Of a stretch of 64,000 nucleotides of DNA, positions 36,795-50,479 are shown in pieces (the first letter of the stretch is position 1; every line of letters begins with the position of its first letter). The stretch lies in the NCBI RefSeq assembly GCF_964355755.1, contig NC_092670.1, positions 21,686,795 through 21,750,794 on the forward strand. Direction: 5' to 3'. Under the pieces are notes generated by a model that had not been told where the DNA came from, did no database searches, and saw nothing but the letters and a program-made list of their open reading frames with translations. Origin of the DNA: Antedon mediterranea (taxonomy: Eukaryota; Animalia; Echinodermata). Made by a program: the position numbers and the translations under genes.

Positions 36795-39700
36795 ATACCC
36801 ATCTCAAGTTTTCCCTGATTGTCTTGCATGTACCCAAGACATTATTTTGTTATTTGAGTGTTATTATTATGTGTATAATTTAAAAAATAATTAATATGAC
36901 TGCCCATCATACAGTTCTTTTTCATACCAGGGCGGTAGCTGGCATGATTGTGGCATAAAATGGTAATTAAACAGTCTAATTGGTACCAATACTTGGTTGA
37001 AATCAGGCCTTAAAGCTCAGGTACAGGCTTGAATTTTAAATATAATATTTGGTTAATTGTACATAAATCAAATATTTGTAACAGAAATCGAGACGAAAAA
37101 ACATGAATTTCCCTTAATATGGTCAAATACAAAATTTGGCAAAATTCTTCTATAAAAACAAGGAAGACTTTTTTTCAGTAGTTAGGTAGTTAACCTAATG
37201 TAATAACATGTCTGGTGACTCCCTAGACGGTGAAAAAAGATGGTGGATATACAGTGGATAATTTTTGCTATAGCATGAAAATAAAAATCTGAAGTTGAAT
37301 AAAAATACAGAAATGTAATATTCAAGTTATATTACCTATATTTAGTCATCTGATGACATTTTTTACCACACCATTTATTTTGCATAGCTTTTTAAATTGC
37401 CTCTCTATTTACAAAATTTGTGTACAAAAGAATAGAGATTTTACTGTGTAATTTGAACTATCCCCCCACTGATAAGAAAGGGCTTATTTTCAACAAGCTC
37501 GTGTAACACAAATAAAATCAAAAAAATTATGAAACATAGGGGAAACTATAGATCGATAATTATTGGAATGTATGATCAATAGAAATTTTTTGCCCGCACC
37601 TGGCCTTTAATTTAAATTCTTAATCTGGGTAACCTTACCCACCTCTGCCCAGCACAATTACATTATTGCTTAAGTAACTGCAAAATGAATCCTTTATTTA
37701 TTTAGGGTGTTATTGATAAAAAAAGGTGAATACTACAAAGAAATGTAAATAAGATAATAAACATTTATAATATGTTTTAACTTATTTGATTTTATTATTT
37801 TGTTTATGACTTTACACACATATAATGAATGAATAATATTCTTAGTTATGTTATAACCATATTCATATTTATGCAAATAAAGCACCAACTCATTTGAATA
37901 CTACGCAAAAGCAAATTACAGCATCTACCTGTTTAATTTAGATTTTGTCAATAAAGAATACATTTACGCAAAATCTATTTTAATTACCACCTGCATCGAC
38001 ATGTGTATGCAAATAATATCTACCTTTGATTTGATTAACGTGTCCTTGCACATTTAAAAATTCCTTTTACAGTATATTACCATAATTAATTGGAATACTT
38101 TTTACAATCTGATGTCTGCCTACAGTATGGTTAAATTGACAAGAGTGTACTGCTTGGTGGTACAGTATTTCAATGAGTTGCGATTGGGCATTAGCATTTA
38201 CATCTTGACTCTGTTTCAAAAGGCATTAAGTAGAATACAGTATAGTTGCATTAAATTATTTTTCAATGATTAATTGCATGTTTACTATTAAGGTTTTAAT
38301 TTTTTACTTTGTCTGGTTTTGCCAACATTTATGGTGACCCTATGCTTGCATTTCGCATTTAATAATTATTGAATGCTGCAGCCCGACCATAAAGCAAAAC
38401 ATTTATACAATTATCTGCGCATGCTCACAAACTAATCAGTACTGTGATAGCTACTGATCACTACTGCAACTACCCCATTACAGAAAGGATGAGGCTACTT
38501 ATACCACAGTACAGATTGGTTAGTAAGAGTTCTTTGGTGTTATGCAATCAATTAGTACCTGTTTTTAGTCTATTAAGTAGGGCTCCCATATTTTAAAATA
38601 AGTTTCCTAATATACCACAAAACTAGCAAGGATTTAGTTGCTCTGAATAACAAAATAATCGTATCACATTCAATTACGAGTCTTACACATATGTCCCCAA
38701 CACTATTAAATCATTTACACGATTACATTTATTGCACACAAATCTATAAAAACAGGGGGAGGTGGGATTGGATAATGGTCACACTTGAATGGGCACAACA
38801 TTATATTTTGTTAATACTGTACGCCTAATAATGGTGGGATGTTAATACTAATGATATTTTATACTATAAGTGTTTGTCCGATTAAAGGCCACTTTCATGG
38901 CTTAACAGCTCTAGTAATTGCCTAATAGAAAACACTAGGCTTACTACTGTACTATGTTCAATAACCGATTCACATGTACAATTCACAAATGTAACAAATT
39001 GTAAGGTACATGGAAGTCTCCTGTGATAGTCTTATTCTTACCAAATCACAGAACCAACATTAGAAAGATCCTTTGCAGGCGGCCTCAAAAGATTACAGAC
39101 TTGTTCCAAGATTTTACATTGATTTAACACAGAAATGCTTCTACTACTAATCGTACCAAATTAATTTTGTATGTGTACATCGGGTATAAGAAAAATACAT
39201 GACAAAAACATTATAAACAATTAAATAGAACTGAATTGGAATAACAAGTTTCTTCTTCTTATTCTTATAATTTTGTAGGATTTGTTAAATATTTTAAGAC
39301 AATTTTTAATAAACATAGCTACCATATATATATACCTATTGCATAAAGTCTACAGTATCTACATGAATTATCAACAAAAAATATATTATTTCTAGCTACC
39401 ATGGTTAAAAATCTATACCGTATCTACATAAATGGTTTCATAAGACTGTCAAGCTGGATTAAGTTATGCCTGCCTCCAGTCACAATAATACTCTTTTGAA
39501 TTACACTTCTATGTTTATAAATAATAGTACAGATATATAAATATTTATATCGGGACACACTTTCATTATGAAGTAATAATTAATCTATTAAATTAAACCT
39601 AAATATTACTCCATGCTTTAATTTAGAACATATATTCTACAAACACAAAGGGATGAAACCATTGTATATTTATATTAAATAATTTGAAACAAAATTAATT

Positions 39701-40113
39701 TATTTCATTTATCCAAGGTGTATCTGTACAGGCAATGGAACTTATTATATTTGGTACGTTCATTTTAGCAATATTTTAATATAACATAAATTCTTATATG
39801 AGAAACTGAATACATTAATTATATATTTTAAAATTAATGGTATATTATATTTTATTATATAGTATTCTGTATATAATTCTGTGTGGAATCTTTACTTGCT
39901 CTTGGTAAATATTTACCCCATCCTGTGCAACAAAATGGCTATTTTTACCATTCAAAATTGTTAATAAAATAATTTCTTCTTCTTTCTTAAAATATTTTGT
40001 CACCCGCTAGAATTCTTGATAACCTGTCCATTACATTTATTCCCTGTTCTGAAAAAAAAAACAACATTCACATCTCTTCATTTGTTAAGTTAAAATGAAA
40101 TTCTAGAATAAAT

Positions 40114-43100
40114 TCAATTTATGTGAGGGCAAACATAACCCTCTTCATGGCTGCCTATACATTCCACTTCCGGGACGTGTCCACTATCCCACATTCCAGG
40201 TCCACATGTCCGGCAGAGACCATTCAACTCGCATGAGATTCTTGGTAGAGTACGGAATTGATAAAGCAGACTACGAGCCTGCAAAAAAAAAATATTTCAA
40301 TTCATTTCTTGCAGTAGTTACTCCAAGTAAAACTATATTTCATGGAGCAGAAGTGTTAGGCAGTTATATTATTTAGATTCTTAGTTTTTACGTATATGTA
40401 GTAGTAGTAGTACTGACCTTTTTAAGTACAATATCCCCTGACATCTGCATAGCCAAGTTGCTAAAATGCAGAAGCATTTCATCAGATGGTAATTCCTGAA
40501 AGCAAATTTATAAAGACATAAACAACATTCGAAGAAAACAAAATACAATATTGTATAACAATCTGCGTAATAGGGAACTTTCGTTTTACGATGATTGATG
40601 ACAAGCTATTTCATATTGAGTTGCGTGTCTTTGCTCCTCATCGACACAGGTTTGATGCTTTCTAGTTCCACGACACATCAATTGACCTGACATAGATTGG
40701 ACATAGGTCCTTGGTCTCATTAAAGTAGAACTGATTATAAATCACAATCTATTTATTGCTTGAAATGACCTTTCCTCATGGAAATTGGTAGTGTTTAGAA
40801 ACATTCATTAAAAAACTAAAAATGTAATCGGCATTTATAATTGAGTACTGTCTTTAGGACTGACATTTGGGAAGAATCAGGGGGTGTGAGACTACACTGC
40901 ACTGTAATAGAAAATCAAAATAATAAGATTGTTTGGAACAACCTCTTTTCTAGCATATACAATACCTGTTGAATGATATCTTCTCCATAAACTGAGATTA
41001 TAGCTATACAAATAAATAAATGAAAATAATCCGTCTGGAAATGACTCCAACAAGCTTCCCACATCCGAAGTGCTTCTATCTCAGGAAATTCACGCTTAAA
41101 ACAAAGCAGGATCCACCTAACACATAAAACACAATAATAATACAATACTTCAAAAATGGTTAGGACAGTTCAAATCTCGATTGGGACAGTTTTTTCACAT
41201 TCTCACACATTTCCTCATCTTTACCGTTTTAAAATTAATTAATTCTCAGTATATCATCAAGCATTATAATTTCTTCTATGCCTACTGTAAATGTATAATA
41301 ACAGTTCATTTTTATACATATAAGCAGGCTCGCAATGAGCTCTACTAAATTGCAGTAAAACTTACCTGTGACAGAATAATAGATCCATGGCATCTCCCAG
41401 TTTTTGCAAATGTTTCCAAAACGGTGGTAACATCAATTCAATCAATGAACGCAAGAAAGACTAGTGGAAACAAACATGTGAGAAAAAGTTGAGAAAAGCG
41501 TGGTGGCACGGCATGCAACAAGATTTGCATGATGGCCATGTGAACTAACGGGTAGTCCACATGCGTTTTTATTTATTAATTTATTTTTTTATTTATTCAT
41601 TTAGCATCCATTAAATAATAATACATTTAAAATACATAACAAAGACAAAATACAAACAGTTGGAATATTAAAATTGAATAAAAGCAAAGTGAATGGATGA
41701 AAGGACAACACATAAAATCAACATGTCAATTTATTTCCAATGGGGTTGTGCTTAAAGCATTGTGCTTAAAATAAAGAACTTGAACAAGTATGCTGCTTTA
41801 ATAGCATGATATAGGCCAACAGTATAGCACCTATAATATTACTTTAGTGGAAAGTGGTACTCAAATACAAGTACCTTAAGTTATTTATCTATTATTTTCA
41901 ATTTGAAAAAAACAAAATCTGTGCCAAGTGTATTATGTATGTGTTTAATTTGTAATTTTAGTTCAGGCTAGCTGGTACACAGTATGGGCTAGAAATATAT
42001 TAAAATCTTACCAGTTGTTTCTCCATATCATCATCTTTGGGTGAACTAAAAAACTGTGTGTTGTGCATTAAACCAGTAAAGCACCAATAAGTATCAGATT
42101 CATTTTGTAACTCAGCTAACACTGGCGCCAACAAGTCAGACATACCTTGTGTGTAACCCATGCTAGGGTTTGCATATGCAAAATTCAGCAATATATTTCT
42201 AAAAGGGAAAACAAATAGAATAATTTAAAGTGTTCATTAAATCTTTAGTCTTTACAGTACATTTATATTATGATCAGGTATGTAAGCCTGATTGGGGGAA
42301 ATGCAGGTGAACATTCTTTCACTGAATTCATGAAGTTCAACACCCATCATAAACAACCTCCCAAAATGATGTCTATCCATCCAAATATGCCATAACATTT
42401 TCACCTACCTCATAACGTCTATATTACGATTGTTTTTCCCGATGTAGTATTTATGTGAACGATCAGTTCTCACAACGTCTTTATCAACAGTGGATTGAAT
42501 AGTTCGCCAAAAATGCTCAAATTCAGACTGTGGCATTGATAACCTTAGAATTTAAATGAAAAACAACTTAATCTAAATCAACGAAAGATCTGTGTGTAGC
42601 GTTTCATTTCTCACAATTTTTTTAGCAGTGGCTTAGCGCAGAGGCCTAAGGCCCCTGGTTTATGAACCCTAAGTGGCCCTACAACACTGGAGACCTCAGG
42701 TATTTCTATATTTATTTTTTTTTTTCATTTTATTTTTATCTTATTAATGCCTCTGGACACTGCTCATTGGCGCGCCCCAAATAAGTTCTGGTGCCCATGG
42801 GTTTAGCCAGTGAGCATGCATAGCCGTTACACCACTGTGTTTAGCCAGTGAGCATGCATAGCCGTTACACCACTGTGTTTAGCCAGTGAGCAGCACGCAT
42901 AGCCGTTACACCACTGGGTTTAGCCAGTGAGCACGCATAGCCGTTACACCACTGTGTTTAGCCAGTGAGCATGCATAGCCGTTACACCACTGTGTTTAGC
43001 CAGTGAGCATGCATAGCCGTTACACCACTGTTTTTTAGTATCGTGAATTGTATTTATAGTACAATAGAAATTACCTTTTCATATCAATTTTCTTGTATAT

Positions 43101-46100
43101 CTTACGGTGTTCTGTTCGTAGTTCATTTCGGAATTGTCTAGTTGACTGAAAGTCATAGAAATGTAGTAGAAATGGCCAGAGATCTTTGCGTACACACTCA
43201 TCAATTCCACCGAAAAAAATGGCCTACAAACAGAAAAGTGATAAGAGTTATAGAGATATATATATATTTATTTATTTTATCTATTCGACTTCTCACTAAC
43301 ACAGTTAGTGAAGGATCTGGAACAACAGGTGGTAAACACGGTCCAGTCCCAATTTGCACAGTGGCTGTGTGTGACAGTGGCTGTGTTTGTGTGGACTAGT
43401 ACACCGGGGTAACCCCCTACTCGTCTCGAAAGATGTACTAGGTTCTTTAAAGTGCGCATGAGCTATGTGTACACTGGACCTACGGTTTATAGTCCTTATC
43501 CGAGAAGACTCGTTCTACCACCAGAACCATGGAGCGAGTGAGCCTCGAACCCTTGCCGATGTTATGGCTACGTAATTACGGTTCCACTGTCTTAACCGCT
43601 TGGCCACTCACTCGCTCTCTATAGAAGTCACCCTGCAAAGATGGTTGCTTTAAATTGTTGACAACCTAAAAGGCCAATACACAGATGAGCAGTTACGATA
43701 AGCGGAAAAACATGTAAATTGCCCCACGTAGAATATGTATCTATCCTCTGCGGAAACTGCCCTTCCGGTTCATGCTTTGTGTAATGGTCATCTGAATAAC
43801 ATAGATTCTATATTTTTATTACCGTTACCACTCATCTGTGTAAATTGGCTACATCCCTATTGTTGTTCTGTTCAGAATAATGTTTTGTCTATGTAAATAT
43901 AGTTTTCATTGAATTTTTCCAGATACAGTAATTATTCTTAAATAAAGGACTATGAACAATTAAAGTATCAATAGGAGAAAATGAGAAGAGAAATGTAGCA
44001 TAATAATTCTCTAGCTAGCAAGTTATTTCTGCATGAATATTTTCTAGAGATGAAAACAACAAGATGGCGTATTTCATTAAGACTACGGTAATTCACAACC
44101 GTCGGATAATGTAAAAATGAAAGAATTCTTGGAAAAACTAGACAAGGTATGTTTTGTAAAAAGTACTGTAGTAGTTGACAGTACCTTTCTCAGGCCAAAT
44201 TCATCCTCAATTTGTCCAAAGTCATTGAGGTAGGATAGCCATATCTCTTCTGTTATGACATCATACATTCCTTCTTCAGGATGGCATTCTGATTTCTTCC
44301 AATTTGGACGAACAATTGAGAATTTTTGACACAATCTATTTGTCTCTTCATCTGCATTCTGAAAAAGAACACCAGTGTATTATTGTAGTGGGCGGCATAC
44401 TGAACAACACAATACTTCTTTTTAAATCATTTACACAAATCTTCTGCCTCATTAAACCAATAGATAAAAAATCACTTCAAAATTAAAGTTAAATTTGTGA
44501 TCACAGCAAACAATATATAAGTACTGTATAATAAATTGTATAAATACCAACAGTGATGAATGGCAGAGAAATGTGTAGAAAACAAATGTAAACTATTTAC
44601 TGTGAATGATGTCCCTCATTGAAAGCATAATGATATTGTTATTTATAGCAAACTTTCTATTCAATAATAGCATGTTATTGTTATGAATTTCATGAATACC
44701 TAAAAATAATTCATATTTCGGCAGGAACAAAATGAGATATGATCAAGAGTAAAAGATAAGAACATTTCAGAGAGTGAAAAAAATTAACCTTTTAAAGGGC
44801 CTTTCACACCTGTTCCGGTACGGTTTTCCGGTCCGGCGAATCCAAATTTCCAATGTTTCGTTTTCACGACACTCCACGCGGCTATGTGCCAATCGATATG
44901 CACATAGCCGCATAAAAGCGAAACATTGATTTGCCGGCGTCCGACAGGAACCGTACCAGAACAGACCCTTTAGTTAATTCCACTCCTTATCTTACCAATA
45001 ATTTTACACCAGATTATATTAATATTATAAACCACCATTAATATACTATTGTCATGGGTCAAATACCCTAATGTACAGTGCATAAGTATTGTATAATTAT
45101 ACCACCACATTCTATATTGATCTAGAAAAAAGTTGATGAAAAATTAATGGCAGAAGTTATTTTCAAAAGATTTGAACACAGAATTCTGGAATTGAAAGGT
45201 AAGTGAAACTTAGTTACTATACAGTACCATTAAGCAACATAACAATACAACATATATTAAGCATTTCTACAAAAACATAAAAGAATACAATGGGATATGG
45301 AACTTGTGGACAGTGTGCTTCATCTAATTAAAGTCCTCTCAAGAATTATGAATTTTTTTTAGAAGTTACAGTAAATTAAGGCTTAGGCGTTTCTATTGGA
45401 ATACAGTAGGCGCTACGTCGCATTCATAGACGCATCGATTCAGAGTCGCTACATAGAAAGAATACTTCAATAGAACATTTGCAATAATAAGCTTGTTTAA
45501 CAGGCCATGGATTGTCATCAAAAAAGGAATCAAATTTTGAAGAAACATGCATTTATCAGTTGTTTTTAGTTGTCATCCCCTTATATTTAATTTGGTCTCA
45601 TCATGGACGTGGTCTTTAACAGGATGTTACAGCGGTCTTTAATTAGAGAGAAACATACTGATAGCAAACAATTAGTAGGCAACCAGGACACACTGACACA
45701 ATAAATCTTACCAAACAACCTTTGTCAGCAGGAGCGCCGGAAAAGATCCCGGCACCAATAATACCAGCAAACGCAAAGGGCTGCATGTTGAAAAGAACAA
45801 AAGGAGAGAAAGCTCACACTTAGCATGTACACAAAAACATTTCCATCAGACATTGTACCAACAGACATCACTAACAAAGCAATGCACAAAACTCAGGGAC
45901 TGTGTCATAAACTCATTAACTGTAGTATTATTCTACATAGAGTAATTGCCACTGAATTATTTAATATGAAGGCATAGTACACTGTGGTTACATAATCATC
46001 ATAATTTACTTTGCTGTACCATTACAGTACAGTGTTACTGTTAGTGTTACTACAGAAATGTTGACACTGTCCCAAAGCAACACACAAGTTTATGGACTGT

Positions 46101-47928
46101 GTACAAAACTGAAGTACGCTACAGTACAGTAGTAGTCATTTTGACAATAAAGCTTGGTTCCTACAAGGACACAATTCAAGAGCAACATAAGCGAATTGAA
46201 TAATGACAAGCGACATTTAAGATAATCCATCGATTGTGATTGGTAAAATTACTCGCATTGAGGTTTACGTCCTTGCATTGCATCCTAGTGGGAACCAAGC
46301 TTAAGTAATACAGTACAAAAACAACAAAACACATACTGTCATTATGCTATGTAACAAGCATTAGACACAATAAAACTCATCTAAATAAAATGGTTAACAG
46401 AAAACACAAGAAATAGTTTATTTTTATGAATGCATTCTATGATGTGGTGACATGGGGTTTGCATTTTCATGCACATTATAATGTTGACATTCATCCATGA
46501 TAAATTAACAAAACTGTAAAATGATAGTTGATGAGGTTGATAAATGATGTGGTGGTGGTAATTAAAGAAAACCTGATGTTTTTTTTTTATTAACTTTACC
46601 TTTAATGTATTTCGTACGGCATACTTCCAATCTCCAAGGATTTCTGCTAATTTTCCAAGACCTGAATGATGAAAATGAAGCACCTTGTACTGACTCTCTT
46701 GACTAGCAATTACAAACTGACCATTACGCTCCTCTTTATCAGAGAAAAACAACCTCAAAGATCTCATCTCGCCAAGATCAACTGAAAACACCCCGCAGAG
46801 TTGATCCCTGGCTGAACCTTGACCTTGAGAATGTGAAGGGCTATCTGTTGAGTAGCTAACATAATTTGATGGGAATGTCATGTTATACATCGGTTCGTCA
46901 GTGCCGTCTTGATGAAACTGATCATTAAAGGGATCGTCACCAGACGCTGGTGTTGAAGGCAGCGACAGAGGATCTTTGTTAGAAGTTGTTGGAGTAGTCG
47001 ATGATGAAAGACTGTCATGGCGTGGTCCTGGTAAATCCAACTCTTTCAACATCTTTCTTAATGGTGAAGTCTGATCACTGGTTGCGTCAGTTGACTCTGA
47101 ACTGAAACTTCTATCATCTGGTTTGGTCTCTACGTCCTCAGAACTCATTGTCAGATCAACTGGACGGTCTGTGCTGCTATCTGTTTCATCTTCCTCTACG
47201 GCAACAAGCGAAGCTAACTGGTCTTCTACCGGGATTTCACCACTTTCAGACGACTCTGTGTCGATGGATTTTTGGTCTTTACCATAATTCACCTGCTTCT
47301 CTTTCTGATTGTCCGATTTATCTACACCAGATGTCTCTCCAGTCAATGTTTCTGTATCCGTTGTTTCCACAACCTCTTCCTGTACTATTTGGATTTCATT
47401 TAACTTTTCAGGAACTGAATTTTGTTCGTTTGGTACAGTCTCGCTAACCTCTATCCCGGACTCTGATTGGCTGATAATCGAACCACTTAAACTTTTTCGA
47501 TCACCTTCAGACTCACTAAAGCTTTTCTCTCCACAAAATGCACTGTCCCTACTAGTTCTATCTTCTTTCGACTCTTCATTATCTTCATCTTTTGTATCTG
47601 AAGTTTTATCTTCATGAACCAGTTTTCTATTTGGTTTGGTTTTCGGCGATCCATGTACAGATGAACCACTGGTCTTATTAATCTTAAGAGTAGAGTTTGG
47701 AATCCAAGTAAGAATCAAGGTTGAGCCGGTTTCGCCTTTCTGCTGAGCACGCAATGTTAGATATCCAGGAAAATGTAAAGCATCAGTGGAAAGGTGTGAT
47801 GGAGGATGAACACAGACATTATTCTTACTGTATATAATTTCACCATCAAGAGGCGGTGGCCGACTTGGGTTCGAATCCAAGATGTTCACATTCAGAAAGT
47901 CGCTAACTCTTCTCAGTATAGATGTCAT
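40114..47928 (-). CDS. TBC1D16: TBC1 domain family member 16 (Rab-GAP), 820 aa (843 aa with the candidate cassette exon)
   Basis: Exons 47928-46600, [45780-45712], 44358-44185, 43223-43075, 42543-42409, 42198-42012, 41460-41366, 41116-40966, 40495-40418, 40278-40114; phase-consistent. N-terminal LDGEIIYSKNNVCVHPP, VFSVDLGEMRSLRLFFS, catalytic DKDVVRTDR and GYTQGMSDL, and C-terminal GMWDSGHVPEVEC. Confidence 0.95.
42626..43030. mobile_element. hAT-type MITE, 8-bp TSD TTTTTTAG, with its right terminus amplified 6x
   Basis: TSD 42618-42625 / 43031-43038; ends CAGTGG..CCACTG; 38-bp unit TGTTTAGCCAGTGAGCATGCATAGCCGTTACACCACTG repeated from 42799 to 43030. Confidence 0.85.
43300..43618 (-). mobile_element. 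tRNA-derived SINE (same family as 15555)
   Basis: Reverse complement GAGCGAGTGAGTGGCCAAGCGGTTAAGACAGTGGAACCG..GGGTTCGAGGCTCACTCGCTCC..TCGGATAAGGACTATAAACCGTAGG. Confidence 0.8.
44796..44970. mobile_element. Palindromic MITE (partial relative at 55461-55527)
   Basis: GGGCCTTTCACACCTGTTCCGGTACGGTT..GCGGCTATGTGC..GCACATAGCCGC..AACCGTACCAGAACAG; hairpin-like along its whole length. Confidence 0.6.
46149..46283. mobile_element. MITE with AAGCTTGGTTCCC TIRs (degraded relative at 49023-49137)
   Basis: AAGCTTGGTTCCCTAC..CTAGTGGGAACCAAGCTT; both copies share the internal ATAATCCATCGNTTGTGATTGGT. Confidence 0.65.
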
Positions 47929-49202
47929 CTTAACTCACCACATTACTACTACACAATGTGGAATTCTCTTCCTCTGCATTCTTTCTATGGAATAATTAAG
48001 ATGTAAAAATAATTATTATAATTAGGCCTAGCCTTAAAATCAAGATTAATTCATCAGAATTATGAAATGCATCTCATCTGTACTAGCCTACAGTATATAT
48101 AAATTATAAGTTTGTATACAAACCACATTTTGATTTAGATTAGGCCCCCAGGGGCCCAGTATTAATTGTTTTGTACAAAATTGTATACCAAAAAAAAAAA
48201 TGCGATTACCCTTCCTCTGAACATACAGTGTGAGTGTAAAGTCAATACCCAGTCAAGACAAAGAGATGTACAGAGATGGTAGCCTCCTTTCTCCTTCCAC
48301 TAACCTACAGTCAGTCACTAGGCCTATCTAATGACTTCTGTCATGTGTCAGCCCACCATTGATTGAATAAAGTGCACTCGACCCAGCCTAGCTTTTAATG
48401 ACGATTTAATGCCACTAACCATAAAATTAAATTAAACAATCGCATGGTCAGTTAACATTTACTCATCAATTTTACAATAATATGCTAATAATAATTTTTC
48501 TTAAATAAAATACGTCGATATTTTACCTTTCTTTTTCGGTCGAAATATCAGCAACCTGTTTTCATTATTATGTATGGCGCCCTCTATAGACTGTTTTCCA
48601 TCATCATTATTTATTTAGCTAGACATAAATTTTTCTCATAATATGTACTTATTTCTCCTCTCTTGCACTTTCCCTCCCTCTGTCTTTTTATGCGGTGGGG
48701 GATAAGATTTCGAAATCATAATGTATATTCTATTTATTGCTGAACTTAACTTTAAGTATATTAAACAAGGAATTAAATTATAACTGAAACATATTCCTGT
48801 AGCTGATTTTCGCTTTTTATTTTTAAATAATCAGATACAATTTAATTTTTAGTTTACATTTAATTTTCAATTTGAGGAAACCCATAGCATCAAGTCGTAG
48901 AAAAAAATGTCACGTTCATTTTTTATTACGTCATAAATTCCTAAAATTCATAGTACCGTACTTTAAGTATAGGCCGATACTGATCATATGATGGCATTGT
49001 CATCAGTGGCTCTAGACCTAATGCTTGGTTGCCATTAATATATAGTATATATTAGGGAATAATCCATCGCTTGTGATTGGTGACTTGCGTTGCGCTTACG
49101 TCGTCCTTGCGTTGCGAGTCTCTAGGTGGGAACCAAGTACAGTATATCTAACCATTTAATGGATGACAATCATTGTCGCGTCAATGACGTCATATTAGTT
49201 GT

Positions 49203-50479
49203 TTAAAGTATTGCTTTGCTATAGAGTGGTTTACCAATAAACGTTTCTGATGGATCCATCATAACTGATAGATTTTCTACTTTCTTGTACCCAGCAAGTT
49301 CCATAAATTTTTCACAATTTGGCAAATTTTGAACGTATTCAACCAATTCTAAAGACATTTTACTTCTCCAGCTTTCGGCATTTTCAGAGGAATTTCTCTT
49401 AGTAGTATATAACCATGATATTCTTCCAGTTGGGCTAGACAGATGAGTGTTTTCTTCTATCCATGTTTTGACCTTATATGGCACCGACCCTATCCCAAGT
49501 TCCGTATACAACGCATTGATTGTTTTAACAGGATGCGTTGATACATCTTCATAACGAAGAGCTAAATAATTGTTTTTAAACCGAATCATCTGATGCCCAA
49601 TTTGCATATTCTTCAACCAATTAGAACAATAGTTACGGATTATTGATTTCAAATCGTTAGTTACGTCAGTTATATCATAGAATTTTCTTTTTTCCAAACG
49701 CATTCTCTTCCTTACTAATGGAACCAGAAGCAGTCTGGATGCTATCACTCCTCGAGGATCTCTAATCAAATGCACAACTTTAACATTTTTATTTTGTATT
49801 ACACCTCTCAATAAATTTAGGTTATTAATCCGAATAGTTTTTATAACTACGTGTTTCTTGTTGGTACAAACAAGCGATATAAAATGTTTTGAGATTGGTT
49901 GACATCGAATGAAATCGTCTGTCGACGTGTTGTAACCATCGCAAATACCGTTAGTAACTGTTGCCGGTATTTCTAATCGACGAAGAGGGACAGGCATACG
50001 GTTTAATGCTTTCACATAGAAATCCATATCTGTAAAGCTGCATTGGAATATGTTCGATATTATGTCAAGTAGTTTACTTTCAAGAAGATTTGTAGTGATA
50101 TTTTCTCGCTGCAAGTACGTCATAAGCCTCCTCCCTGGCTCATACAAGTAAAATACATCATCATTTTCAGCAATAACTTACCGAGGAAAGAAGAACCTGT
50201 CCTCATAGCTGCTAACAACAGAATCCGATTTTGTTGTTTACAATTGCAATCTGCACTATCGATTCCATTTGCATCGAAACTGTTTCTTCTGATTGTGGAT
50301 CTGTCCAAATTTGAGGCCTGGCAATTGCACTTATGTCCTAGAAATGTCCGAGTGTATATTTCATCAAATTTGGAACCATTAATTGCGTTTTCATCACATA
50401 TTGATGCACTGAAGTTTAAAATCACTAATATAACGGCAATAAAAGTCAACAGATACACTTTCTTTTTGAACGAATTCAT
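49203..50479 (-). pseudogene. Intronless Golgi carbohydrate sulfotransferase (CHST1/3/4-like Gal/GlcNAc-6-O family) with a 1-nt frameshift
   Basis: N-terminal TM (VYLLTFIAVILVILNF), 5'-PSB AMRTGSSFLG, 3'-PB LIRDPRGVIASR, and LRYED. Frame switches near 50172; adding one T gives KLFAENDDVFYLYEP and a 425-aa ORF. Could be a sequencing error rather than a pseudogene. Confidence 0.75.

Noticed and set aside
47148-47669. ORFs overlapping TBC1D16 exon 1 (also 50244-50522 opposite the sulfotransferase)
   Set aside because: Shadow frames of real coding sequence with no independent features.
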